Source: Negaprion brevirostris (taxonomy: Eukaryota). From it: DNA of 64,000 nt. The notes under the pieces are model-generated. The model did not search any database, had not been told where the DNA came from, and saw only the letters and a list, made by a program, of their open reading frames with translations. Positions 1-12,743 of the stretch are shown here, one piece after another; the first letter of the stretch is position 1; every line of letters begins with the position of its first letter. The translations under genes were made by a program, and so were the position numbers. Where the stretch lies: the NCBI GenBank assembly GCA_030324005.1, contig JARDVH010000099.1, forward strand, positions 48,064,818 to 48,128,817, in the 5' to 3' direction.

Positions 1-540
1 TGTAACAAAATGTGTAACTTTTAACAGCTTTTTGTAATAAGTTTTTGTCTCCCGACTTGGATGTGTTACGAGATTTGTCAGTGGTGCGAGTGTAACTTGA
101 TGAATTGCTGGGATATCAGTGATCCCAACATTCCTGCAACTTTTGATGTTTGGACTGAAAATATTAACTACTTGCATCGTCAGATTATTAAATTATTTCT
201 TTATTAGGAGGAAGTGGCAGAAAACAAAATTGTGCCATGTGTGATTGTGTTGAAATCTTTTAGTAAGAGTTTGTATGCATTGGTCTGTCCATAACAGAAA
301 GCCATATATGCTTTCATTGCTTAGAGCAGTATTTGCATTCAAAGAAACATTCTTAGAAGTTGTTTTATAGCAATTTGGAACTTTTGGTTTCTACTCTTTT
401 CTTTTAAAGAGCAGATGCTGATGTCAGTGGTGCATTGACTACAAAAGTCCTGTTTAAAGCAGCAAATTGACCATACACTTGTGCCATATTTCTTTAATAT
501 ATAATAGCAAAGTACTACAGAGGCTGACTGAAATAAAACG

Positions 541-640
541 AGTGCTGATGAAAGGTCACAACCTGAAATGTTCATTCTGTTTCTCTCTCCATAGATGTTG
601 CCAGATGTGCTCAGTATTTCCAGCATTTTCTGTTTCTTAT
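541..640 (+). mobile_element. Penelope-like pseudo-LTR fragment (family B) with hammerhead-like core
   Basis: CTGATGA-A-AGGT-caca-ACCT-GAAA followed by the shark repeat tail ctctccatagatgttgccagatgtgctcagtatttccagcattttctg. Confidence 0.6.
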
Positions 641-1121
641 TATTGTAATAATATAAATTTATTTATATCAGTTCCAATTTTTTAAAGTGTGATTTAGCAC
701 TCCCTTCAGAGCAATACCTAAAAAGGTTACCAGTGACCCATTAACGAATGTGTTATATTTAAGATCAGTTTAAATGAGTACTGTTTTTAAAATTGTAAAA
801 AGGATGAGGCCCTAATAGGAGAGTTTTCAATTTCCCCTCCCTATGTAATTCTGCTCTGCGTCAGCTTGGACCTGAGCCATACAGAACACAAAGCTGAGAT
901 CCCTAGCCTCAGTAGATGATTACAATACTGCCTTACTTTGGTTGTGATGATCTCCTCTCCGCCCCCTGCCCAGTCCAGGTCCAAGAGGTGGCTAACTCTT
1001 GCTGCCTATATTAAAGCACAAAAAGCAACCTTTTGGGCAAATTGGTTCCACTGGATTTGCAGGGGATTGAAGACTGTGTGTCAAATTTAAAGTTATTCAT
1101 CGACTTCTTGCTTTTGGTTAG

Positions 1122-1237
1122 ACGGATTTTACAGACAAGTGAAGCAAATTACTGGTGCTCACAACACGCAAGCCAAGCAAACTCCTCCAAAACAGAAGAA
1201 ACGACGACAGGCAGCTAGGGGACTTGCTCCTTCTGTG
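1122..1237 (+). CDS. DTL: DTL/CDT2 internal coding exon (DGFYRQVKQITGAHNTQAKQTPPKQKKRRQAARGLAPSV)
   Basis: ttag| acceptor and |gtaag donor. Translation matches vertebrate DTL DGFYRQVNQISGAHN...KGLAPSV. 116 nt, phase compatible with the next exon. Confidence 0.95.
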
Positions 1238-1362
1238 GTAAGATTGCTTTTCTCTGTAGTGGTGCTCCAGTCACTGCTGCTTCAGTATTTGGACTTCTAG
1301 TCTTCTGGTTGTAATAATCAGGATTGCTCCACGTGCTGAGTTGTGTCTCTTGTTTTCCACAG

Positions 1363-1436
1363 GATTTTCTGCAGAGTGTAACGGTGGTGATTTTTCAAGA
1401 TGAGAAAACTTTGATCTCTGCAGGAGCAGTGGATGG
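1363..1436 (+). CDS. DTL: DTL coding exon (DFLQSVTVVIFQDEKTLISAGAVDG), WD40
   Basis: ccacag| ... |gtaag. Matches DTL DFQQSVTVVLFQDENTLVSAGAVDG. 74 nt. Confidence 0.96.
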
Positions 1437-1587
1437 GTAAGGGGAACGGGCGCGTGAGCTGTGTTGCCATATAGATTGGGACTTGAAATTGGATAAGTTG
1501 CTATCACTGAACCAAGGCTGATATTTCTTTAGACTCTTTATGCAATGTCTGTCACATCTTTAAAAATGGGTTCTATTTATCTTCCAG

Positions 1588-1691
1588 TGTCATCAAAGTG
1601 TGGGATTTGAGGAAGAACTACACCCTTCATCACCAAGATCCTGTGCCAGTCCAGTCCTACCTTTATCCAGGAACCAGTGCACGGAAGCTAG
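1588..1691 (+). CDS. DTL: DTL coding exon (VIKVWDLRKNYTLHHQDPVPVQSYLYPGTSARKL), contains the DDB1-binding WDxR motif
   Basis: ttccag| ... |gtata. WDLR motif typical of DCAF proteins. 104 nt. Confidence 0.96.
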
Positions 1692-2123
1692 GTATATATA
1701 TTTTTGCTGATGGTGCAGCTGTAGGAGAGGGTGAGGATTCATTGATGTATGGTTAGGAATCTGCTATTGAATGTAGGAATATTCCAGCATCATTCCCCCG
1801 AAGGAGCAGACGAAATGGTGCATGACTGACTGACAAATAGCAGTAGCAGGAAGCAAGTCGTGCAGAGGTGAAATATTGAAGTAATTAATGTCATGAAACA
1901 TTGAAGATTTAAAACTGTTACATTCTGGCCTGAATATTTAGAAAAAAATAGAGGATCCGTTTGACACTTTGAGGCCTAACTGGCCCTGTTTTGAACTACG
2001 TTCTTGTGTGGGTGTGAGCATTAATTGATTCAGTTGTAAGTACAGTTAGTTTCTGGCAGTGTATAAAATTGATTTTTAAGCAATGCCATGAAATAATTAA
2101 GGAATTTTAATCTCACTTTGTAG

Positions 2124-2228
2124 GATATTCCAGCCTTGTCTTGGATTCAAAAGGCTCCAATCTTTTTGCAAGCTGCACTGATGATAACATTTACATGTTT
2201 AATATGACTGGCCTGAAAACTGTACCAG
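2124..2228 (+). CDS. DTL: DTL coding exon (YSSLVLDSKGSNLFASCTDDNIYMFNMTGLKTVP)
   Basis: ttgtag| ... |gtgag. Near-identical to vertebrate DTL. 105 nt. Confidence 0.96.
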
Positions 2229-2636
2229 GTGAGTAAGAAATGGCCTCTCCGTTACACTTGTGTTATGGGAGCACTTGTTTTATTTATTCACAGACCATCA
2301 TGTTAATTGTTCAACTATCCTTTTTTTTCCGCTTTTAAAAATGAGAACTAGATTTTTTTATATAAAATCTCTTTCTGCGTCCTTTTATGTTTCCAACTTC
2401 TGTATGCTTAAAGTAATTGTGTAAAGCATTTTAGAACACTTTGGTATGAAAGATGCTGTGTAGATATTTTCACTAAAATTCTGATGAATAATTTATCTGA
2501 GTAAAACAAGTTGTATTTAACCTACAGTGTAGGTAAAAGTTAAAAACATAATATAAATTTGGGGTCTAGGTCCAAACTGACTGTGGAATAAAGTGTGAAC
2601 TGAGATGAATTGAGACTTTCCATCAGTCCTCCCTTT

Positions 2637-2796
2637 AGGTGGTGGCACAATGGTAGTGTCACTGGATTAGTAATCCAGAGACCCAGAACCAGGGACATAG
2701 GTTCAAATCCCACAGTGGGAGTTGGTGGAATTAATATTCAATTGTTAAATCTAAAATGAAAAGCTAGTTTCAGTAATAGTGACTGTGAAACCATTG
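2637..2796 (+). mobile_element. tRNA-derived SINE, 5' part (cut by a gap)
   Basis: A-box/B-box-like head (ggtggcacaatggtag...ggttcaaatccc). Homologous to the fuller copy at 16468-16830. Confidence 0.7.
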
Positions 2797-2936
2797 NNNN
2801 NNNNNNNNNNNNNNNNNNNNNNNNNNNNNNNNNNNNNNNNNNNNNNNNNNNNNNNNNNNNNNNNNNNNNNNNNNNNNNNNNNNNNNNNNNNNNNNNNNNN
2901 NNNNNNNNNNNNNNNNNNNNNNNNNNNNNNNNNNNN

Positions 2937-3812
2937 GATTGTCCTCAACACTGGTGCCCCACAAAGCTGTGTCTTCAGCCCCTTACTCTGCTCATTATAC
3001 ACCTATGACTGTGTGGCCAAATTCCACTCCAACTTGATTTTCAAGTTTGCTGATGACACAACAATGCTGAGAGGGAGTACAGAAACAGAGAATCTAGTGA
3101 ACTGGTGTGACGACAATAATCTCTCCCTCAATATCAACAAAATGAAGGAGATAGTCATTGACTTCAGGAAGCACAGTCCCCTGTCAACATCATTGGGGAC
3201 GAAATAGAAATGGCTGAGAGCTTCAAGTTTTTAGGTGTCCAGTTCACCAAAAAACTGGTCCCTCCATGTGGATGCAATAGTTAAAGCTTACCAACACCTC
3301 TACTTTCTCAGGAAACTAAGAAAATTTGGCATGTCCGCTACAACTCTCACCAACTTCTACAGATGCACCATAGAAAGCATTATTTCTGGTTGTATCACAG
3401 CTTGGTATGGCTCCTGCTCTGTCCAAGACCATAAGAAATCACAAAGAATCATGAACGAAGCCTGTCACTCAAATCAGTCTCCCACACATTGACTCTGTCT
3501 ACACTTCCTGCTGCCTCGGCAAGGCAGCCAGCATAAGTAAGGACCCCACGCACCCAGGACGTACTCTCTTCCACCTTCTTCCATCGGGAAAAAGATTCAA
3601 AAGTCTGACTGAAGAACAATTTCTTTCCTGCTGCCATTAGATTCTTGAATGGACCCACCTTGGATTAAGTTGATCTTTCTCTACATCCCAGTTATGACTG
3701 TAACACTACATTCTGTACTCTTTCCTTTCCTATAAACAGTATGCTTTGTATAGCACATAAGAGACAATACTTTTCACTGTATACTAATACATGTGACAAT
3801 GATAAATAAAAT
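2937..3812 (+). mobile_element. Rex1/Babar-clade non-LTR retrotransposon 3' fragment (RT)
   Basis: ORFs 2779..3207 (LNTGAPQSCVFSPLL...KFADDTT) and 3235..3492 (HLYFLRKLRKF...NFYRCTIESI..CITAWYG). 3' tail acatgtgacaatgataaata. Confidence 0.85.
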
Positions 3813-3849
3813 CGAAGCGGTGCAGCAAGCCACTCTTGTAACAAACTGC

Positions 3850-6770
3850 CATGAAGGAATGTGTGTGGATGTACCAACCAGGATCAACCAAGGGACCAGA
3901 AATGACAACGGCATACCCAGCCCTGTTGACCATGCAGAGGGTGCTGTCCCACCAGTCAGGTAACTGCCTGACATAGTCAAACTCATTATGGACAATGAGT
4001 AGATCCTAGATAGCAGCATTCCAAGCTATGCCCTGGCTCACCATGGTGGTGGTGGCGCAGTGGCATGCAGTTCAGAGGGCATTGTCTTGGAAATTCTCAA
4101 CATTGACTGTGGACTCCCCAAAATCTCATGGCATCAAGTCAAACATGGGCAAGGAAATCTCCTACAAATGACCTACTCCTGTCATTTGAGCTGAAGATGA
4201 GTGCGCCTTGTTGAACAACACTTGGAAGAAGTACAGAAGGAGTGGCACAGAATATCCTCTAGGTGGGTGACTTCAATATCCATCTCCAAGAGTGGCTTAA
4301 TAGCACCACTACTGAATGACCTGGCTAAATCTGAGTCTGCAGTAGGTGGTGAAGGAAATACCTACTTGACCTCATCTTCACCTGTTACAGGTGCATCTGT
4401 CTGTGATGGTATTGGTGGGAATGACCACTCAGTCCCTGTCTTCACTATGAAGATGGCCTCCATTATGTTATGTGGTGTGACTACTGTGCTAAATGGAATC
4501 AGTTCAAAACAGATCTAGCAACTCCAAACTGGACATCCATGAGGTGCGGTGGGTCATCAGCACAATTGTACAACCTGTAATATCATGGCCTGGTACGTTC
4601 CCCCACTCAACCATTACTACCAAGCCAGTTGATTAACCTGGATCATTGAAGAAAGAGGGTATACAAGGAGCAACACCAGGCGTGCTTACAATGAAGTATG
4701 AACCTGGTGAAGCTACAACAGAGGAGTATTTATGAGCCGAACAGCGAAAAGAGTATGCAATGGACAGAACAGCAATTTCACAAGCAAAGGATCGAATCTA
4801 AGCTCTATAGTCCTGCCTCATCCAGCCAAGAATGGTGGTGGCCAATTAAACAAATTGTAGAAAGAGATTGCATAAGCGTCTTCATCCTGCATACAGGGAG
4901 ATCCAGCGTATCAGTTCAAAAGACAAGATTGAAGTATTTGCAACCATCATTTAATTGAGTGAATGATCCATCTCTGTCTCCAAGATCACAGATGCCAGTC
5001 TTCTGCGAATTCAATTCTGTCCACGTGACATCAAGAAATGGCTGGAGATGCTGAAAACTGGAAAGGGTATGGACCAACAGATCAGTACTAAAAGCTTGTG
5101 CTTTCAAACTAGCCACCCCCTCAGTCAATCTATTCCAATACAGCTACAACAACAGCATTGACCTGGCAATGTGGAAAATTGTTTTTTCTTGATCATCAGA
5201 AAAGGGATGGAAGGGGTCATCTCTCAGTCCTATCAAGCAGCACTTGCTCATAATCTGCTCAATGGTGCTCAGCTTGGGTTCTGACAGGGCCACACTCTCT
5301 TCTCCTCATGTTGCAGCCTTGGTCCAAATATAGACAACGAGGTGAGCGTGTTTGCCTTCGACATAAAGGGACCACTTGATTGAGTGTGGCATTGAGGAAC
5401 TGTAGCAAAACTGGAATCAGAGAATAAGAGGAAAATCTCTGCTGGTTGCAGTCATACCTAGCACAAAAGAAAGATTGTTGTGATTATTAGAAGTTAGTCA
5501 TGGACATCTTTTGTAGGAGCTGCTCCAGTGTGGTGTCCTAGACCCAATCATCTTCAGCTACTTCATGAATGACCTGCCCTCCATCATAAGGTCAGAGGTG
5601 GGGATGTTTGCCAATGATGTTGACCATTCACAATTCCTCAGATAGCAAAGCAATCCATATCCATATGCAACAAGACCTGGACAACATTCAGGCTTGGGCT
5701 AATAAGTGACACATGATGTTCATGTCACTTAAGTGCCAAGGGGTGACCATCTCCAGAGAATCTAATTGTCTCCCCTTGATATTCAATGGCATCATCATCG
5801 CTGAACCCTGTCAAAATCTGAATGTTATGACTGACTAGAAACTGAACTGGGCTGGCAATTATAAATACTGTGGCTACAAGAGCAGGTCAGTGGCTAAGAT
5901 TTCTGTGGAGAATAACTCAGCTCCTGGCTCGCCAAAACCTGTTTATTATCTGCAAGGCACAAGTCAGAAGTGCCTTGTGGCACAGTCGTTAGCACTGCTG
6001 TCTCACAGCTTCAGGGACCGGGGTTCGATTCCAGCCTCTGGCCTGTGTGGAGTTTGCACATTCTCCCTGTGTCTGCGTGGGTTTTCTCCAAAACCAAAAA
6101 TCCAAAGATCCAGTCCAAAAATCGCAGATTACATTGATTGGCCATGATAAATTACCCGTTTGGTGTCGGAGGGATTAGCAGGGTAAATATGAGGTATAAA
6201 TGCAGGGCTGGGGCCTGGGTGGGATTGTTGTCAGCGCAGGCCCAGTGGGCTGAATGGCTGCCTCCTGCACTGAGGGCGTTCTGAGAAGTGTGATGGGAGG
6301 CTCTCCCACTTCCCTCAGTGAGTGCAGTTCCAACAACACTGAAGTTGGACACCATCTAAGATAAAGCAGGCCACTTGATTGGCACCCTATCCACCACCGT
6401 AAAAACTCACTCCCTCTGCCACCAACAGTGGTAGCAGTGTGTACTATTATATGATGCAACTCACTGAGGCTCCTTCATCAGCACCTTCAAACCTGTGACC
6501 TCTCGAATTTAGGAGGACGGGTGACAGGGACATTACCACCTGCAAATTTTTCTCCAAGCCACTCACCATCCTGATTTGGAATTATAATCACCACTCCTTT
6601 ACAGCTGCTGGGTCAAAATCCTGGCACTTGCTTGGACGGCACAGTGTATATATCTACAGCACGTGGACTATGTTCAGCTCACCATCACCTTCAGAAGAGC
6701 AATTAGGGATGAGAAATACATGGTAGTCTAGCTAACAAAGCCCACATTCCATGAAAGAATATTTAAAATA
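3850..6770 (+). mobile_element. Decayed CR1-group LINE (endonuclease + RT + 3' UTR)
   Basis: Degenerate GDFN (ggtgacttcaat ~4266), LDLI, SDH-like, and GVPQGSVLGP-like/MFADD-like segments (~5515-5620). 3' tail gcaattagggatg...cccacattccatgaaagaat. Confidence 0.8.
5973..6283 (+). mobile_element. HE1-type V-SINE nested in the CR1 copy
   Basis: tRNA head, V-domain (tgtgtggagtttgcacattctccctgtgtctgcgtgggttttctcc), HER1-like tail. 7-bp TSD AGAAGTG at 5966-5972 and 6284-6290. Confidence 0.85.
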
Positions 6771-7729
6771 GCTATAAATGCTCCCAGAATTCCCTTTGGG
6801 CACTGATCTTTTGCCCCACAGTTCTAATGTTGATGCAAAGTGAAACATCTGAATACCGAGATGGGAGTTGTAATGTGAATACAAAAGAAAAGACATTGCA
6901 TTCATGTGATCTCTCTATTTGTTCCAAAATGCTTTGCAACCATTAAGGAATTTTTGTTGCCACCTGTAATGTGTGTAAGGAACTGTAGCAGTGAGTTTAC
7001 CTAGAATACATGCAGCATTGAGGTAAATCACAAAATAATCTGGTTAAGTGAGGATTTTATGTCCACTGCCCTTACAACCATAAAAATCGAGCTTAGTGAG
7101 CAAAACACCTTTCCAAAGTGATAACTGGGTTGGTAGATCTTGAGGCAAAGTTTACCAGATATGTTTTTTCTCTAAACTTGCCTTTCTTTAAGTACCCCCA
7201 TGTCTAAGACTAGTTGCCTGAGGGAATGAGTTTGAAATTTATTCTGAAGATATTAAAGTTTTTAGGGTTCTTCCCAGAGTGAGGGCCTTCTATTTTGCAA
7301 GCTGCATTCTCTATGAAGAGCTTAATTTGCTGTGACTGCATTGCACGAGATTAAAACATAGTTGTGTGAGGAAAATATGGGCACAGCTCAATGAACTCAC
7401 CTGTATGTAGTTTTCTCAAATGTCTGATATGAACTCTGCTTACATTGACATTTTGCTTTAGTCTTGATGGAACTTGTTCTGTTTATCAAGTTCAGGATCA
7501 CAGTCAAGACAACAATTGGAGATTTTTTAACCACTGGGGAAGAATGCAAATTCGAGAATATAAATGCATAATAACATTATTATTCTTGAGCTGCTTGACC
7601 AATTCTGTATGGTTTTAAAATTTCCAATAATTTAAGACTTAAAATCTGTTGCCAAGTTTATCCCAAGAAGTCAAAGTATTAACTCTTGGATTTTTTTTGT
7701 CTTTTAATGATTGCTTATGTTTTATATAG

Positions 7730-7842
7730 TGGCAACCTTCAATGGTCACCAGAACTCCACCTTCTACATTAAGGCCAGTCTTAGTCTGGATGATCAATTC
7801 CTCCTCAGTGGATCCAATGACCATAATGCCTATATCTGGAAG
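7730..7842 (+). CDS. DTL: DTL coding exon (VATFNGHQNSTFYIKASLSLDDQFLLSGSNDHNAYIWK)
   Basis: atatag| ... |gtgag. Within ORF 7711..7902. WD40 GH...WK repeat. 113 nt. Confidence 0.97.
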
Positions 7843-9666
7843 GTGAGTGACTGCTGTGCGGTTAGAAGTGGAAACGGTGCAGCGAGACACAATGCTTATT
7901 AATACGACTCACTTTAATCTACATCAGAGTAGATTAATCTACAAAAGAGGTCTTTCCCCTCTTTTCTCAATTGTGGTGCTGTTATGCTGAAAGCAAATTA
8001 ATTGTATTGAGTTACACGGCAAGCAATCGCTTGCTTGTAGTAAAATAAGTCCAGTTGGGGTACCTAAATTGGATGGATTATTACCATGTCAGATATGATA
8101 GACTCACTGGGCGGGAAAAAACATAAATCCCTCAGGGATGGGCAGTACTGTGAGCCACTACCTGAATGGGCTGCACAGCTTTGTTGCTTGATGATTTTGC
8201 TAGAAGTGAGACTACCCAGATCTGCATAAACCTTGGATAGATTGCATTTAGTTAAAGGTCTAAATTTAAATGTTTCATTTCTGTGTTTAAGCATTAATAT
8301 TAACCTAAGTTTTGCTTTAACTTGCTCCAGTGTCTCGTTAAATATATTTTGTGCCCAGCTCACACTCACTGTAAACCTATTTCTTTCCTGATAGATTTTT
8401 CATGTTTGAGTTCACTGTAACAGCCAATCTATTAACTGTCACATCTGCGTCAATGCTGAAATAGAGGGTGACTCATCACAGGAAATTGAAAGTCTCCAGA
8501 ACTGTTGTAGGAGATTAGGAATCTTCCTGTGACTATTTCTTCGAAAGGCAAGAGAGAGAATTTATAGTGGGGGAGCTCGAGTACCAGATCTTTTAAATCG
8601 ACACCGATTTCATTTTCAACAACCTTCCCTCAGCTGTCGAAGTGTACAATTAATTTCAGTCTTCGACAATGAGGCTCCATATTGAATCACAGCTACGGTT
8701 CTGTGTTGGGCAGGAGTCTATTTAATCAGCACCTTCAGGGCTCTTCTGATAGTTCATTGTGAAGTGAGAAACTGAACCAGGAGACACCTATATAATCACT
8801 TCTCTCTAAGGTATTAGCAGGATACTAATTGGGGCAGCAGTCGTGCTTTAGCTGACCTCAATATTTGGTTTTACGATGTAGAAAAACAAACTAGGAATTT
8901 CTGCTGGAACGTTATTCCAGGTAGATTAAATGAAAACTGGGTTTAGCCTGGTTGTGATGCCTTCACAATTGAATAGGTTAACTTCACTGTTGTGCGTTAG
9001 TGTAGATTTCATAGAGCTGTTGATTGCACTACATCACAGCATGAATTATCACCTTCAGAAAGGGAAGAGCAGATAATTGCAAATGATGAACTCGCAAGTA
9101 CTTCCAGTGAGTTGTGCCATTCTAGTGTCGATTGGGGCAGTGGAAACTTTTTCTCCACAGAAGTTCAGTGTCAAACTCTTATGGTCTCCTGTGCAGATGG
9201 ATGAATTCCAGACCTTTTTCACCATCTTTGAAAGTGGGTGAACTTGATCGAGACAGGCAGACAAATGAGACTAACCCTGTGAAGATGGGATGTTTGAAAT
9301 GAGAATTGACACATTCTGTCATCTTATCACTCACAATTTAGGCTACACTAATGTGTCAGGAACTGTACCATATGATCTCAAAGTACTCTGGAGTCTTGGC
9401 AGCGTTCCAGTCTAGACTGCAGCATTTTGATCACAGACTGAATGCTCGTAGAACTTCACAATAGTAATGAGGCTGAATTGAAGCACTCATTAGAAGTTAT
9501 CCCACTTGTGACTTTATCTCACCTGAGTACAATGTGGGAATTATTATTACATTAATGAGACCTAATCAAGCTAAACACAACGCTATAGTGCAACAGATGA
9601 TGTTTGACTTGTTGGATTATTTTGCTTTAATGCTAATCCGTTTAATCCTTGTTCTTGTTATTTCAG

Positions 9667-9756
9667 ACCTCCGATCCCCGTCATCCTCCAGCAGTACTCC
9701 ATGGGCACACTCAAGAGGTGACCTGTGTGTCCTGGTGCCCTTCAGACTTCTCAAAG
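9667..9756 (+). CDS. DTL: DTL coding exon (TSDPRHPPAVLHGHTQEVTCVSWCPSDFSK)
   Basis: tttcag| ... |gtcag. Matches GHSQEVTSVCWCPSDFTK. 90 nt. Confidence 0.96.
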
Positions 9757-10244
9757 GTCAGTGTGCGTATGCTTGTGATTTGACCTAGGTAATATTAAAG
9801 GGGGAGTCACTGTCACTTTGGCTATAGTATAAATACTGTTTGTTCCAGATTATCAGGCAAAGTCTGTCATCAACAATTGGTTAGTCCGCTGTGCTTGAAA
9901 CATTTGGGGCATCTGCCTTGAGCCAATTCAGTAACCTGATTATTTGCTTTGAAAATTGAACTTTTTTTTAAGTATATAACAAATTATTTTTTAATATAAC
10001 TTTGCATTGGTCTTGTTGGTTGCTTGATTTTGCAACTGTAAATTGGTCAACTCACATTTGAGCCAGTAGGGGGTGGTATCTAAGCTAAGTGATTCTACAA
10101 AATTTCACTAAAGATATATGAATAGTTAATTCTTACCACACCAAAATAAGAATTTTGATGTGTACAATTGGACTGAGCTCCTCAGAATATTCGAGTTACA
10201 GCCTGAGTAGCAAGGCTTGTCAGTGCATTTCTAATCTGTAATCA

Positions 10245-10548
10245 GGGTGGCACGATGACATAGTGGTTAGCACTGCTGCCTCACAGCATCAGGAACCTGG
10301 GTTCAATTCTGGCCTTGGGTGTCTGTGTGAAGTTTGCACATTCTCCCCCATATCTGCGTGGGTTTCCTCCGGGTACTCCGGTTTCCTCCCACAGTCCAAA
10401 GATGTGCAGGTGAGGTGGATTGGCAATGGTAAATTGCCCCTTTAGTGTCAGGGGGACTAGCTAGGATAAATGCATAAGGTTATGGGGATAGAGCCTGGGT
10501 GGGATTGTGGTCGGTGCAGGCTTGATGGGCTGAATGGCCTCTGTGGTC
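10245..10548 (+). mobile_element. HE1-type V-SINE
   Basis: gggtggcacg...gttagcactgctgcctcacagc head, V-domain, tail gatgggctgaatggcctc. Confidence 0.88.
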
Positions 10549-10796
10549 TTTAAGGAAACATAATTATTTTGGGTGACAATTCTATAATTTTGCTTTATCA
10601 GCAATGTTTAGTTTTTGTTTTAAAAAGAAGCCCCAAAGACCAGAAATGATGTCCATTCTAAAAAGTTAAAATAACTAACTTCATGAAGGTAGGCTTTCAG
10701 CTACATAAAAAAGAGCCCATCCTGTAAATCTATACATCACAAAGGCACAACTATTTGTCATTTTGGAGTCCTAATTCTGTTTGTCTCCTTTTTCAG

Positions 10797-10911
10797 ATTG
10801 CCACTTGTTCTGATGATAATACTGTCCGAATCTGGCGACTCAATCGAAAAATTGGTGAGGCAAGGTCTGATTTAGTGGGATCTGTGTGTCAGAAGAAGCA
10901 TCTGGAGAAAG
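10797..10911 (+). CDS. DTL: DTL coding exon (IATCSDDNTVRIWRLNRKIGEARSDLVGSVCQKKHLEK), end of WD40 domain
   Basis: tttcag| ... |gtaat. Within ORF 10755..10940. 115 nt. Confidence 0.96.
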
Positions 10912-11925
10912 GTAATGTGGTCTTGTATACAGTGGCATGATTTGAACTGTACTTATACATTACCAAGCTAACCCTGTATATGATTGAATGTTGAACTAAC
11001 TTTCTTCATAAGCAAACTGTGCTAAACAAATGCAATATTTTCAAATCTTTTAAAAATAGAAGCTGTTTGTAACACAGGTCATTCTTCGGCATGTGAAAGT
11101 AAAACTAGGTTAAATGTTTTAGCAGTAACACTTTAGATTACAGTAGCATCATTACAAATGTAACCTGTCTTTCTCCTTCAAATACTGGCTGTACTTTCCC
11201 ATTTTTACATGTTTTATTGGTAGCCTCCATTTTTCTGCTATTAGCTTTCCTCATTGGCTACTAAGCACCATAATAACGATGAGGATAAGGTTTCAATCCT
11301 CCTGTCACTTGAATTTTCAGTCTTAATTGCAATATGTTTAGCTAACTATTTGTAATGATGGAGAGGCAAGTGTTTGACATGGTTAGCTGAGCAGAAATGA
11401 ATCATATGTGAACTTATCTCTCCGCAGTTGACTGCTAGTTGTAACTGGCCATATTGTGCTCAGCAGCGAATAGGAACATAAAACAGAAGTGTTTCAACAT
11501 TTTGAAGCAAATTGGAGTTTGGCTATGAATTGTTGTGCTGGTGAAGACTAGCTTTTGCGGGCACAAAATTGTGGAAACATGCAGGATGTTCAAACACTTG
11601 CAGGTTACATTCCAAATACTTTTCTGATAACATGACAATGTTGTCTGTAGAGTTTATGGATCAGCAACTTTAACTTGGCGTTTCTTTACTTTTGCAATTT
11701 TGAATTTTAATCTGTCTTGCCTGGCAGCCATGGAGCCTCTGCCTGGACATAGACACCCTTCCCCCCCCACCCTGTAATTGCAACACTGGCTAAAGATTTC
11801 ACNNNNNNNNNNNNNNNNNNNNNNNNNNNNNNNNNNNNNNNNNNNNNNNNNNNNNNNNNNNNNNNNNNNNNNNNNNNNNNNNNNNNNNNNNNNNNNNNNN
11901 NNCTTATTATCTTGATTTTTAACAG

Positions 11926-12743
11926 ATGCTACCATTAAGCCAATACAGAATACTCCTCCTAGAACAGTGATAGAAGATCCAAATCTGCCATCTCCACAGC
12001 AAACTGTATGTACCCCTAATGTCAGTGGAGGTTTTTCCAGCACATCCACCTCTCTGGCTCAAAGATCCTTGGGCAATAACTGTAGACCATGTCAGCTAAT
12101 TCAGCCAAGTTCTACTTCGCCAAAGTCTACCTCTGGGAAAATGTCGATCAAGAAATGGATTGTTAAGAGTCCCAGTACTCCTACCTCTCTCTCTCATACC
12201 CCCAATACTTCAACGAGGAGTGTGTTGGCCCCAGTTGAAGCAAGTCAATCAAAAAATGTCTCGGAAACTGTAAGCAACCAGGTTTTTGAAAGGAAAGCTA
12301 AAAGGAGATTGGATACCAGTGGTGCTTCAGTAATGACCAAGAGTAAAAATGAAGACAGCACTGTAACAGAAGTCAATCCCCTTTCTAAAAAATGTAAAGT
12401 TGCTATCTGTTACATAAGGGAGCAGAGTAGAAAAGACTCATCTATTGAAGATAAAGGGATGAAAAGGTGTGACTGTAATACCGGGGAACTCTTCCCTCTG
12501 GAAAACCCTTTGCCTAGTCCAGACCTGGAAGCTTCTCCTCTCTGCAAACTTCAATGCAGACAGCAACCTACAAAGCTGGACAAAGAAAATGGCTCTCCTC
12601 AAAATTCAAACTGGCTTGCAGATCTACGGGACAAACAGAAAATTGAAATGGGCATTAAGATAAGGAGATCACCCAACAGTCCAAAACTTGCATGGAGTCC
12701 AGCTACAAAGAAAAGGGAAGAAAGGACTGCAACAGGCTTGCCA
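11926..12743 (+). CDS. DTL: DTL large penultimate exon, Ser/Thr/Pro-rich C-terminal region
   Basis: taacag| ... |gtaag. In frame with ORF 11967..12938. Conserved motifs KMSIKKW, KRRLD (RxL), KENGSPQNSNWL (KEN box). 818 nt, phases 1/0 fit the neighbouring exons. Confidence 0.93.
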
